Shown one piece after another: positions 40,841 through 53,949 of a DNA stretch of 64,000 bases (position 1 is the stretch's first letter; every line of letters begins with the position of its first letter). The position numbers and the translations under genes are program-made. Source of the stretch: Octopus vulgaris. Taxonomy: Eukaryota. The notes below the pieces were generated by a model, which saw nothing but the letters and a program-made list of their open reading frames with translations, ran no database searches and had not been told where the DNA came from. Location of the stretch: positions 52,204,001 to 52,268,000 of the forward strand of contig OX597828.1 in assembly GCA_951406725.2 (NCBI GenBank), given 5' to 3'.

Positions 40841-41054
40841 CGCATGTATGTTTATATACATGATTGTTTGTGTGTGTTATGCGTGCATGTATAAATTCAA
40901 GTGTGTATGTGAGTGAAAGTGGGGAGGGTTGAGTCAGATAAAAAATGAGACACTTAAGTGAATAATTTCAACAGAAATTGTTGGTGCTTGGAATAATAGG
41001 AAGGATAAGAGTTATAAAATCCGGTTTTATAATCGAGGGGACAAGACGGCATTT

Positions 41055-41153
<99 letters not shown>

Positions 41154-41704
41154 ATGTATGTGTGAGCGCGTATAACGGAGAGAAAGTGATAGGGAAGACA
41201 GAAGGAAGAAAAAGACTGAAGAGAGAGAGAGAGTGAGAAGATAGAGAGTGAGAAGATAGAGAGAGAGGGAAGATAGAGAGAGAGAGCGAAGAGAGAGAGA
41301 GAGAGAGAGCGAAGAGAGAGAGAGAGAGAGAAATTTTGTGCCCGAGTGTGTGCGTGCTTAGTTAAGAAAAAGAGCGATAGGCGAGGTGCCAAATTTCAAG
41401 GAGAAAATTTGCAGGCAGACGACAGGTCACGGGGCCATGGACCATGGCAGCAGTTGGTGCTGGTGTGTGCAAAGAGCGAATTTCCGAAAAAGAAGAAGAA
41501 GAAGAAGAAATAAGTGAGTTGGAGGTGAGTTAGTCCTGTTTATCGAGATGTTTGTTAAGGGTGAAGTTTGAACATAGCGAAGTAAGGAAGAAATTTACAT
41601 TTTCATATTATTTTTTTCTTTCTCTTTTAAATAACCACTTATTTCATGATTTATTCTTCAGTTTATTCCAGAGTTTCCAATGTGACATGACCGCCTTTCT
41701 TTCG

Positions 41705-41740
<36 letters not shown>

Positions 41741-41914
41741 CGCTTTTCCTTCCCTCACACACATAATCTCTCACTTTCTCTTTTTCTCCCTTCTTGGAAT
41801 TTGGCCACGCGCCATCAACTAACAGCTCTTTGACAAGTGCAACTAAAACAGCTCCCCCACCTTACCGTTTAGCAGAAGACAACGAGATAAAAATTGCACC
41901 AGCTCTTATTAAAG

Positions 41915-41947
<33 letters not shown>

Positions 41948-42125
41948 CACAAACAAAGAAACGAAATAAAAAAACTCCAAATGAATAGTAAACAATTAAT
42001 GAAATAAAAATATAATAAAAATATTGTTCAGGTTTCGCCTTCATTTTCTAAATATACTTCAGTAAATCAGCATCTTGTTTGTCCAGTTGTGTGTTTGTAT
42101 GTGTGTGTGTGTGTGTGTGTGTGCG

Positions 42126-42165
<40 letters not shown>

Positions 42166-42682
42166 TATTTGTGTGTGAGTGTGTGTACGTATGCATGCAG
42201 TTATAATAAAATAATTTTATATTAATCTGATGGGTTACTCTATATTTTCGTAGAGTGCAAATTCATTATTCTTAAACACGAATATTTTTGACAATGACTT
42301 CGAAGTTTTAAGTCAACAGAGGCTCTATTAAGCCATGATTAGCGACGACGGTTTAATGGCAAAAACTTCCGAGAAAACGTAGAGTACATATAAAGCCATA
42401 AACATTAAAAAAAAAGCCTTAAATTTTGAAAGAGCGGGCTGGTCGCTTTCATCAAGTCCCGTGCTCAACTGGTACTTTTTTATGGATTGCGGAAGGATGA
42501 AAGGAAAAGTCGACCTCGGTGGAATTTGTTATCAGAAGGTAAAAAACAGAAGAAATACCGTGAAGCATCGTGTTGTCCAACGTGTTAACGATTCTGTCAT
42601 CACGCCGCCCTGACGATGCTATCAATAATAGCATGTGAATATATTGCATTAAAACTCTTTTCCATAGACATAAATTATGTGG

Positions 42683-42724
<42 letters not shown>

Positions 42725-42729
42725 GTATG

Positions 42730-44091
42730 CAGGATCTAGTTAAACTGATTCACAAAATCTGCATTTTCTAAAGGAAGTTAAAAATCTGAAAATTGACTAT
42801 ATTAATGTAGTTTTCCACTCTTATTGCTATGAAGGATGATGTTCTGGAGAAAAAAATTGGAGGAAAAAGGTGCAGAGATTTAAACCATGAAAACGCTGTA
42901 TATTTTTAGCCAATAGCAAGACAGAAATTTTCTGCATTTAGTGGTGTCAACTTTAAGGTTATACCCAGTGAAATTTGTAGTTTAGCATCTGTGAAATGAC
43001 CTGTTCATTGTATGTTTCTAAATGAACAGAAATACCAAATAAAATCAACATGTATCATCTTACTGTTTATTTTGTCTCTTCAATGGTTTCTATAGTGTTT
43101 GAGTGTTTATATTTTTTAAAATTTACTATATTTATATAATTGTATGTATGTGTTTACTTTATGTATGTATACCCGTCATGTATTTGTGTACATAATTAAC
43201 AAAGAAGTGCATACGGATGTATGTATTCATATATATGTTTATATGTACATTTATGCATTTATGTGTGTTTCCAAAACTCCAAAGTTGAATAACGTTTTCA
43301 TGCTTGGATTTGTAAACTACAATAAGAATAACACTGACCAACAACGAATTTGTTCCAAGGAAAAGAATACCTTTATCTTATCTATTTTTGCATGCAGAAT
43401 TCAAAAATAGTGTCAAATTATCTGTATCACCCACAGTCTCTCTGTTCCATGAAATCCCTCTCAGTTACTGTGACGGGGACTAAATTTCAGTTAAGCTGTT
43501 GAAATGTGAAGCTAATGGTTTAAGAAATACTCCTATTTGAAATTTTTATGAATAGAATTAACCTAGTGAAATCATAAATCCAGCTATCTCAGTCAATGAG
43601 TTCCGGAAGCTTGGATTTACTGAGTCGATGAGTCACCGATGCTTTCTCAGTACTATGCTTAAAGTGTAGGCATGCGTATTCCATTTACCTTCATAATGAC
43701 AAGAAACTGTATAAACACTGCAAACAACTTTTGCTATATATGAAAAATATGTAAAATATTAAGACATTTGACGAAAAATATCTGTGGTAAAATTTATATT
43801 TATATATAAATTTTCATTAAAACAAAACTCACAGGTGAAGCAAATATCGTGGTGTGAAGAATCAACACAACGCAACTGCGGGTGAAGTGAAGCACAAAAC
43901 AACTATCGGTTGTCATGGTAACAAGCTTCTAATGCCTCGCTGTCTGTTGATTGGCTAAACTTACCCAAATTTCCCAACTTTAATTCCAAATAACATCAGA
44001 TTCTTTGAATTGCATAGATACACCAAAATTGAAAGCAATCTGAGCAAAATTAAAAGTGGCTAATTTTGTGAATCAGTTTAACTAGGTCCTA
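42730..44091. mobile_element. Non-autonomous TIR DNA transposon (hAT/P-like, ~1.36 kb)
   Basis: 28-bp TIR AGGA(T/C)CTAGTTAAACTGATTCACAAAAT at 42731 and ending 44090 (one mismatch); possible 8-bp TSD TATGTATG/TATGTATA, within microsatellite so weak. Confidence 0.85.
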
Positions 44092-44647
44092 TATGTATAT
44101 ATATATATACATATACGTGCGCGCGCTTCTGTGTACAGTCGTACTCAATAAAGACCGTAGAGCTGAACCCTTTCTAGTCTCATTCACGGACTGCTTTAGT
44201 TGCCTTTTATTCTGTCTGGCTGTCATCCTGCACGTCTGTCAATTTCTCTCACTCTTTTTTCCCGTTGTTGGTCAATCTCTTCCCCTCTCTGCTTGTCCTT
44301 ATCTCTTTCTTTCATCCTTTCAATTTTAAACTGTCAACATCTCTCTCTCTCTCTCTCTCTCTCGTTCTCTCCCTTTCTTTCCCTCTCTCCTCTCCATTCC
44401 CGTGGAGTACACTCCCACCACCACCACCACCACCACTCTCACTTAATTAATTCCTCAATATTTCTTCTTCAATAACAAATCTCTACCTTCCCGTCTAATC
44501 ACATCCTCTCTTATTCTTTAGTAATTATTATAATTCTGCGCCATTCTCTCACGCTCTCTCCCCCTCTGTCCTTCTCTCGCTCTCTATCTCTCTTTCTTTC
44601 TATCACTCCTGCTATCTAAGATCTATTTCTGTCTGTCTATTCATTTG

Positions 44648-44718
<71 letters not shown>

Positions 44719-45057
44719 GTCTATCTATTTATCTATCTATCTATCTATCTGTCCGTCTGTCCGTCTGTCCGTCTGTTTGTCTGTCGGTCTGTATGTCTGT
44801 CTCTCTCTCTCTCTATCTAGTTATCTGTCTTTCTCACCAACTGTGCAATCTCGGCTCTCTTTATATCTATAAATATCTCTCTTTCCTAATTCTCTTTAGC
44901 CTATATCTTTCTCTATCTCTCACATCTCTCCTTTCTGTCTGTCCGTTTGTTTTTTTCCTATACTTTCCTTCATTGTTTCTTTCTCTCTGTCTTTCGGTCT
45001 GCCTCTCTCCCTCCTCCCTCCTCCCTTTCTCTCTCACATTATAGATGTGTGTGTATG

Positions 45058-45162
<105 letters not shown>

Positions 45163-45220
45163 CACTAGTTCTCTCTGAACCGTCCTCCGCTCTTTATTCC
45201 ACTGCTCCACTCAAAACCAT

Positions 45221-45372
45221 CCAATGCATACAGTCACGTGCCCATCACGTGCACAACACGTAAGAGCGTATGAACAACTCATACGTCAACCAGCAGCAGG
45301 CCTCCTGCCACAACTGAAGTGGGGGTCCCTATTTTCCCGCACTCAAACCCTACTTTATACTTGCTCTATATA
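45221..45372 (+). promoter_or_regulatory. Candidate promoter: CCAAT, triple E-box (ChoRE spacing), TATA-like
   Basis: CCAAT 45221; CACGTG-N5-CACGTG-N5-CACGTA 45235-45262; TATATA near 45367. Confidence 0.35.
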
Positions 45373-45499
45373 GCCATATGTGGCCCCTTGTACACTCATT
45401 CTTCACGCCTTGCTCCGACACTTCCATCATAACAGATTAAACACACGCGTACGCACATACGCACGGGTGCGCGTGCATGCAAACACATATATAAGCTTG

Positions 45500-45530
<31 letters not shown>

Positions 45531-45879
45531 TAACACACACACGCACACACACACACACACATGCATATATTCACACATGGAGACTTGCAGAATACATAAA
45601 CAACGCAAGCAATCTGTGTATATGTGTATGTATGTATATATGTACATGCATACATACAAACAGACATATATATATATACATAGAAACATGCATACATACA
45701 CACATGCATACATAAATACATACATACATACATACGTGCGTGTGTGTGTGTGTGTGTGTGTGTGTATTTGCCTATGTTTGTGATTATATTATCGGATTGG
45801 TCTGGAAATAAGGGCTGTACCACCGGTCTTCACCGTTCCTCCTGGGAATTGTAAGATGGGCGCGATCAGCATTCCGCTT

Positions 45880-46166
45880 GAACAGCTAAAAGTTCAAGAT
45901 TACAGGAAAAAGATATGGTGGAAGAGAATTTCCAGTGGAATGGCGTCATTTAGAATTTAGAATTAGTAAAATGTGACGAGACCAGTAGAAGTGAACGTGC
46001 TGGGGACGCCTGAAATTAAACGAGTTCATTTCAACCAGCTCCGAGTATTTATAGCGTTTCTTTTCGCGACAAGGAAAGAAATGACGAGATGACTCAGTAC
46101 TCCCGAGACTGGAGTGTGTTGCTGAGTGACGTCATACAAACCAGCCGTTTCATTGGTTGCCATCAA

Positions 46167-46202
<36 letters not shown>

Positions 46203-46338
46203 CAGTAATAGACCCGTTGCAGTTATGATAGTAATTCGCCATTGTGCGAGTTTTCTGATATATATAATGGTTTAATAATAAAAGCAGTTGTTACTTGAAG
46301 AATGTTATGGTTTTGAAGACTAAAGCCACACTTACACA
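45880..46338 (+). mobile_element. Possible Gypsy integrase C-terminus and LTR relic
   Basis: KVQDYRKKIWW and VEVNVLGTPEIKRVHFNQLR peptides; purine tract before TG at 46082; AATAAA; CA end. Confidence 0.35.
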
Positions 46339-46919
46339 GATAGTATGTCAAGCATATTCTTTCTCCGGGTTTGTCAGTGATATAGAAGTCTGATACTTTT
46401 TAGCCCAAAAATGAGGAATAGTTTTGCGTGCTCTTCATGTGGGAGTTGGGTGAGATAATTATTCCTTCATCTGTATGGTGATTGTTTATGAGAGGAGACA
46501 AAAATGTATGGCTGAGGTTGATGTATGTGTACATATGTGAATACATGAATGTGTAAGAATATAAGTATGTACATGCATAATTACATATCTATATACATAC
46601 ACATATATATATATATGTGTGTGTGGGGGGGTGTAGAAAGTATGGGGATTTAGTTCACAGGTGATCTAAACGATTAGGTACGCTAGGTAAGTGATGTAAT
46701 AGTTCACTAGCGCTCCAAGGTTATAGCCGAGACGGTAGTTATGGAGCCATTGCAGATTTTCGATGCAGCGGATATATAATTGTTAAAGAGGACAACAAAC
46801 AGTAAGTCAAGGCAAGCCTCTTAAATCGTATACAATATTACTATTGGAAAAAATTGTAAGCCTTAAAGCTGATTTTGGGATATGTATATATTCTCATATC
46901 TAGAGATGCTCATATATAT

Positions 46920-47730
46920 TTAAATCATAAACATCTGGAAAGTTTTACAGATATTTACTGTTCCAGTGATGGACTGGATCTGTAGTCTTCGAATTAACTT
47001 TCTCCTTTCTGGTTTTGAGAAGATTGGTATTCAGGCAGTGTGTTACACAGACCAGGGCCCCAATAATTACAGGTATATACCTGAACTTGGAATCTGGATA
47101 GAGTAACTGCAGATTTCTCAATAGTTCAGCATCCCACCAGGACATTCTCAATAGTCAGCATCGACTCGGACATTCCAACAGTACTCTTTTTTCTTATGAG
47201 TGTCTATGTCTTCTACCATACTGTAGGTTCTTATTTCTTTATCCTCGGGGTTATCCTTCCGACGGACTTCGTTATTGAGTGTCCTAGCAACAACATCATG
47301 TTTCATCGGATGATATCTTTGGTGTCAATTCCACAAAGTCTGCATCGGTTGTCACATTTTACTGTTTTTCCAGCATTTCTATGCCTTTTTGTGCATAAGG
47401 TACTTGATTAATATTTCCTGTTTCTGGATTGCAGGCGCATGCTCTTCAAAGTGGAAGGTAGTAATCTGGCTATTGGTCCATGATAAACTTCTCTGATGGT
47501 CAATGTTACTATCATCTAGGAGCTTTCTACTGATATATCCACGCATATTCTTCTGTTCATATAGGCTCGGTCTTCTGATGATACGTTGCGGTATAAACGT
47601 GCGACTTCTTTGGGCAGGTATTCTAGGTTACCAGATAAAGCATGTTGCTCAAGGAGCTGCCTTCCAAGTCTTTTGATGTTATCAGCCTCACGTATGCAAA
47701 CTTTGTCAAGAGATGTACTTCGACACTTGG
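46920..47730 (-). mobile_element. RLE-type (R4/Dong/NeSL-like) non-LTR retrotransposon 3' relic
   Basis: AIQKQEI, CDNRCRLCG (CCHC knuckle), KHDVVARTL, ELLRNLQLLYPDSKFRYIPVIIGAL; frameshifts and deletions. Confidence 0.8.
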
Positions 47731-48848
47731 TGGTTAAAAGATGTTGCCGAAGGGATATGATGCGATAGAATAAGTACTAGGCTTACAAAGAATAAGTCCT
47801 GGGGACGATTTGCTTGATTAAAGGCGGTTCTCCAGCATGGCCACAGTCACATAACTGAAACAAGTAAAAGAGTAAAAGTATGTATGCATGTAAGTACGTA
47901 CGTATGTACGCTCAAGTGTGAGAGTGTGTGTAGTTATATGAGTATATGCATGTATACACTCATATACAATGCTTGTTTATTGCATAGACACTTGTAATTT
48001 TAGCATGCTAGCTGACCACGTGCCATCAATAATGATGGCTAATTGTAATATTTTATATATAAATAAGGTACATAATAATCACACATACAAACGTTCATAT
48101 ACTTCCCTTCTACACGCACACACATACACACATATACTCACACAAGTTGAAACGCTGATTTTTTCAACCCTTCCTTCCTTACTCATCTATCACCCCTTCA
48201 TTTCTCACATTGCTATTATTTTCTCTCACTCTTTCTCGTTCAGAGCTATAACTCTCACGACTTCTCCTTCACTGATTTACTATTTTCTCTCCTCCTCTGC
48301 TTCCGGCGTGATTCTGGACAAATATACTTATATATACAAAAATATATAAGAACACTTAGCTCATTAATATATTAGGCGAGATAGAACCTGTGACATAGCG
48401 GGAACAAGAATGTACTTTTAGTATTACTCGTACAATCCATGTAGCTGTTTCTGTCCATTCAATGTTCGTTTACTAAGCTTGAATGGAAGTCAGACTTCGG
48501 CCAACCTACAACGCTGTGTGTTTGAAACCCGAACCTGATGATTGCGAAGCGAACTTGAAACAGGCGCGAGAAACATGTTCTCGTTTAATGATTGAGTGAA
48601 ATGTAACTCATGTCTGAAAGCACACGTTTACATACACGCACGGATTCATGTACGCATGCACGCATGTACACACGCACACACACACACACACACACACATT
48701 TATGTACACATATATACACTGGTATGTATGTATATGAGTATGTATATATGTATACCTCCATTTATATATGGTTCGATAGATAGCTAAACAGATAGATAGA
48801 TAGATAAATACATACATACATACATACATACACATACATGCATATATA

Positions 48849-48936
<88 letters not shown>

Positions 48937-49329
48937 TTGTTCACACATACACAAAGACGCAGAATCTCTCTCTCTCTCAAAATCGCACACATACAGTTAT
49001 GTAGCGCTGTCGCATAAATCTTCCCTTGTCATCAATACAATTTTACATGAGATAAACTTTAGCGGAAAGGGGTGAATAGAAGCGAACTATCTCAATATAG
49101 CATCTCCTAACAACAAAAGCAACTACAAAAGTAACTACAACAACAACAATAATAACAAGAACACCATCCCTTGGTGAAAGTTACGTATGGTTTATAATGG
49201 TAACGGCATGTAGCGTACAATTGGACTCGTGTGGAAGTGTAGACAGGGGGGAAGATTAGAAAGAATGGTAAAATGGTAAAGGGGTTTCTGGTAGTGCTGA
49301 TAGTTATAGTAGTGATTGTAGTAGTGGTT

Positions 49330-49372
<43 letters not shown>

Positions 49373-49538
49373 CCACAGCAGCAGCAACAGCAGCAGCAGT
49401 AGTAGTAGTAGAAGTAGTATTAGTAGTAGTAGTAGTTGTAGTAGTAGTATTAGTAGTAGTAAGGTTACTTGTGATGTTTCATGGTGGAGACAGAGGTACA
49501 TATAATTCTTGTGGTTATAACGGCAGCTGTAGGGTTAG

Positions 49539-50747
49539 GGCAACGCTGTCCAGTAAAATTTGGGAATTGAAAGAAAAAATATCGAATTTAACCTAAAATG
49601 GGATATAATAAGGAAGGCACAGCCTTATAAAAATAATAGGGATGGATGTGAACTTTGTTCTATGGAGACATGAAATTTTGAAACATAGGAATAATATAAA
49701 CTTATTGAATAACCTTTCTGAACTAGGAGTATCCTGCATGCATTGTGCCACCCGTACTTTTAAGTATTTTAAATAATAGCATTCTGACCATTCTTAAATT
49801 TTCAAATCTTAATATTTTGTAACCAAATAAGGAATTAATATACCATACTAGCTTTTATTTAACCTGCATAGATCATTAGAAAATTTTATAATATAAATAA
49901 ATTAGAATCTTTTGATACTTTCCTATATAGGATTGCATACATTCTATATATCTAGTGAAATTATTTAGTTCATCTTGATTACCTCCCTTCCACTACATTT
50001 TAGTATATCTACCAAGAACGTCACTCCGAAGCGGCACGGGGTAATTTTCGTTTCGATCTCTTCGGTGGCGGGACACGTAGTCGGCCACGCGGACGAGCTA
50101 AGATATTTATTTAAAATTCCCAAGCAGAATTAAGGCTGTTAGGGCATTAGTAGTCTCTATTCTCCCCACCCCACAAGCTTCAGCCTACTAACTTTAGCTA
50201 AAATACATTCAAATATGCCTAAGTTAAATTCCTCATAATAGGGATGGATTTATGGCTTTGACATTTGTACTACCCCTTCCTCTATCTATAAATAGAGAAA
50301 AATTCTTGTTTGTCTCCATTGAACCAAATAAAAAAAAATCTCCCCATTGATAAATCTAAATAACAAAGTGAACTCAGTGATTAAAAATCTATAGATGGAG
50401 AAGGTCCTTCTATTACCATGTTCTTAATGGTGAATTTAACCTCTCTATATATCTACCCTCTTTGTAATGTTGGCAAATGAAATAAGTATAAAAATGTACG
50501 TTGTCCATTTAATTAAAAAATTCTATATATGGTTGAAGATTGCTCTACATTTTAAAACTAATGTAATACTTACATTGTTTAATAAAATGAAGTAGCATGA
50601 AACGATTGTACTACACTATCTTGGATATCCTTATTGCTTATTTTGATTATAATCACCCCATTTGATTTGTATGGATAATACCATACCGAATTCTGATGCC
50701 TTTAACTTAAGTACCATATTCATCTGAATCTAAATTTTTGCTGAACG
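49539..50747 (+). mobile_element. 5'-truncated Naiad-like PLE: endonuclease C-terminus (49539-49776), long 3' repeat with HHR (50529-50614)
   Basis: With frameshifts: ATLSSKIWELKEK/IEFNLKWDIIRKAQPYKNNRDGCELCSME/EILKHRNNINLLNNLSELGVSCMH; TGG-TTGAAGA-TTGCT..AGCAT-GAAA-CGATTG-TA-CTA; ends at a TA tract. Confidence 0.75.
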
Positions 50748-50781
<34 letters not shown>

Positions 50782-50818
50782 CATACATACATATATATAT
50801 GTATGTATGTATAAATGC

Positions 50819-50867
<49 letters not shown>

Positions 50868-50873
50868 TAAATG

Positions 50874-50937
<64 letters not shown>

Positions 50938-51714
50938 AAGAAAAACCCAAAATAAACCTGACCTGAGCACTGTTTCGTCAAGAATCTCTCCACCAACTTC
51001 CTTCTCTTGCCTCCACCCCACCCGCTATTTCTCTGCGCATTCTTCTCTCCATCTTCAACTACCACATACACACTTGCACACACACACACACACACAGACA
51101 CACACACGCACACACACACACACACATACATGGTTCGTTCCACCACCCTACACACGATTCGACCTCACATCCTTCTAAGCTCTTCGTTGTTAATAGTCTT
51201 GCACTGGTGGCCAATAAAAACATATGCCGTGTGTTTAATGGCGTGAGAAGACTCGCACAGAAGGAGGAAAGCCTCGTAGTCACGTGAAACCTTTAAAAAG
51301 GGTTGCCAGCTCGTGCAGGGGCTGGCGGTGGTGGTGCTAGTGATAACGAGAAGTGTTGATTGTACGTCATCGTATTTATAGTTGTTATTGTTGTTATTGT
51401 GGTGGTAGTGGTGGCGATGGTGGCAGTAGTGTTGTTGTTTGTAGTAACAATAGTGTTGACGTGTCAGTGGTATAAATGGCGGCAGCGGTGGCGCTGGTCG
51501 TGTGAGAGAATTCTCGGTACTGGTTGTAATGGTTGTAGTGCTTGTAGGAAGTTATAGTATTGGTCGTGGTTATAGCGCTGATTGCAATTTTGGTGATATT
51601 TGTTACGATAGAAGTGATCCTGGGGGTAATGGTGAAGTCGAAGACTTGGTTGTAGGAGTAATGATGATGATGATGAGGAGGAGGAGGAGGAGGACAGTAG
51701 GAGGAGGACAGGAG

Positions 51715-52405
51715 GATTAAGTCTATTATATCGGCCCCAGTGGTACTTATTTAATCGACCCCGAAAGGATGAAGGGCAAAGTCGACCTCGGCGGAATTTG
51801 AACTCAGAACGTAGCGGCAGACGAAATACCTATTTCGTTAATTATCGACCCCGAAAGGATGAAGGGCAAAGTCGACCTCGGCGGAATTTGAACTCAGAAC
51901 GTAGCGGCAGACGAAATACCTATTTCGTTAATTATCGACCCCGAAAGGATGAAGGGCAAAGTCGACCTCGGCGGAATTTGAACTCAGAACGTAGCGGCAG
52001 ACGAAATACCTATTTCGTTAATTATCGACCCCGAAAGGATGAAGGGCAAAGTCGACCTCGGCGGAATTTGAACTCAGAACGTAGCGGCAGACGAAATACC
52101 TATTTCGTTAATTATCGACCCCGAAAGGATGAAGGGCAAAGTCGACCTCGGCGGCATTCGGCAGACGAAATACCTATTTCTTTACTACCCACAAGGGGCT
52201 AAACACAGAGGGGACAAACAAGGACAGACAAACGGATTAAGTCGATTACATCGACCCCAGTGCACAGCTGGTACTTAAATTATCAATCCCGAAAGGATGA
52301 AAGGCAAAGTCGACCTCGGCAGAATTTGAGCTCAGAACGTAACGGCAGACGAAACACGCTAAGCATTTCGCTCGGCGTGCTAACGATTCTGCCAGCTCGC
52401 CGCCT
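51715..52405 (-). repeat. SINE family B array containing a perfect 90-bp tandem repeat (about 4.5 copies, 51754-52154)
   Basis: ATCGACCCCGAAAGG recurs at 51754, 51844, 51934, 52024 and 52114. Confidence 0.95.
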
Positions 52406-52652
52406 CAATCAAGCGAGAATATCGTCAGTTAAATGCTCGTGTTACACGCATATATTACAGAACATTGTAGTCCTGCACAGTATATAAAGTGGTACAGGTA
52501 AAACATTAGTTGACTGCCCTACGCTTCCATACAGAATTCTACCATACGGCCACACCTGCATTGATATGTATTTATTTGTACATTTCTCTCTCTCTCTCTC
52601 TTCCTCTCTCTTTCTCCACACGCACACGCACACACAAACATGCACATATACC

Positions 52653-52814
52653 TTTTTACTTGCTTCAGTCATTTGACTGCGGCCATGCTGGAGCACCGCC
52701 TTTAGTCGAGCAAATCAACCACAGGACTTATTCTTTGTAAGCCCAGTACTTATTCTATCGGTCTCTTTTGCCGAACCAGATACGGTTGTCAAACGATGTT
52801 GGGGGAGGAGACAA

Positions 52815-52845
<31 letters not shown>

Positions 52846-53012
52846 CATATATACAACGGGCTTCTTTCAGTTTCCGTCTACCAAATCCACTCACAAGGCT
52901 TTGGTCGGCCCGATGCTATAGTAGAAGACACTCGCCCAAGTTCCCACGCAGTGGGACTGAACCCGGAACCATGTGTTTGGTAAGCAAGCTACTTACCACA
53001 CAGCCACTCCTC
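52653..53012 (-). mobile_element. SINE family A
   Basis: Reverse complement of head, core and tail. Confidence 0.85.
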
Positions 53013-53949
53013 GGATGTTGTTATACATCACTGGTCGCCCACGCACTTCGCATCGTTTTTAGCTTTCGAATGATGCCAGCCTCACTGACTAGGCGAGCAG
53101 GCCAACATTTCCCCAGATCGGAAAACCAGTCCATCGCGGTGTTACCCATTTGCAGTTGTCGTTCGTAATTTCGCTCTTGTTCATTATATTTCTACATTTA
53201 TGTCTCTGACGCAAGACGAACTATCCGAAACGTTAAACCTCAGTTCTTTGTGATATTAAACAAGCTCTGCTATTTGATTAATATGTATTAGCTTTTGCCG
53301 AGTCACAACATTACTAGTTCCATTGGTTTCTGGAACCCGATTCAAACATCAGGTAGCCAGACTTGCAATAGGTCAAGTAGAAAATGAAACAGAACCACTC
53401 TCACATTACACTCACATACACATACACACACGCATATACATATACATGCACACAGAGACACACATGCATACACACATATGCACACGCACACTTAGGGAGG
53501 TTGCAAACACATTCGGAAAAACACAAAACTCAGACACAAACACGGATAAATATAAGAGTGTGAAAGTGAGTGATAGAGAGGGTGGGGCAGCGAAAGAGGT
53601 AGCAGATAAATATATAAAAAAAAACATACAATAAGTGGAACGTGTTGAGGAATAAAAGAATAAGGGAATAAAAAAGAAAGAATAAAAGAATATAAAGAGG
53701 TTTATGTAGGGAGTCAGTGAGGCATGAATTAAGGGGAATCCCGGATGGGAGAATATGGAGGAATGAAACAGAATGAAGAGAATGTAGTGTGCTGGAAGTG
53801 GTGGGGTGGGGTGGGGTGGTACGATGAGTGAGGGTCGTTTGGGGGTGGGGAGAAGACAATAAGTGGAGTTTGATGATGATGGCGATGAGGTGTGTTTTGG
53901 GCTGGAGAGTAGAAGGAGGAAGGGGTTAAGAAGGGAAAGGTACAGTGAG

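Noticed and set aside
49665-49675. TGA in the Naiad-like frame as possible selenocysteine
   Set aside because: Coincides with a frameshift and is not at a conserved Cys position; no SECIS recognised
50010-50070. Minus-strand CCGAAGA-GATC-GAAACG motif
   Set aside because: Stem I and III register cannot be closed around a UH site
51754-52154. CRISPR-like regular repeats
   Set aside because: Units are wholly identical with no unique spacers; SINE-derived; eukaryotic context
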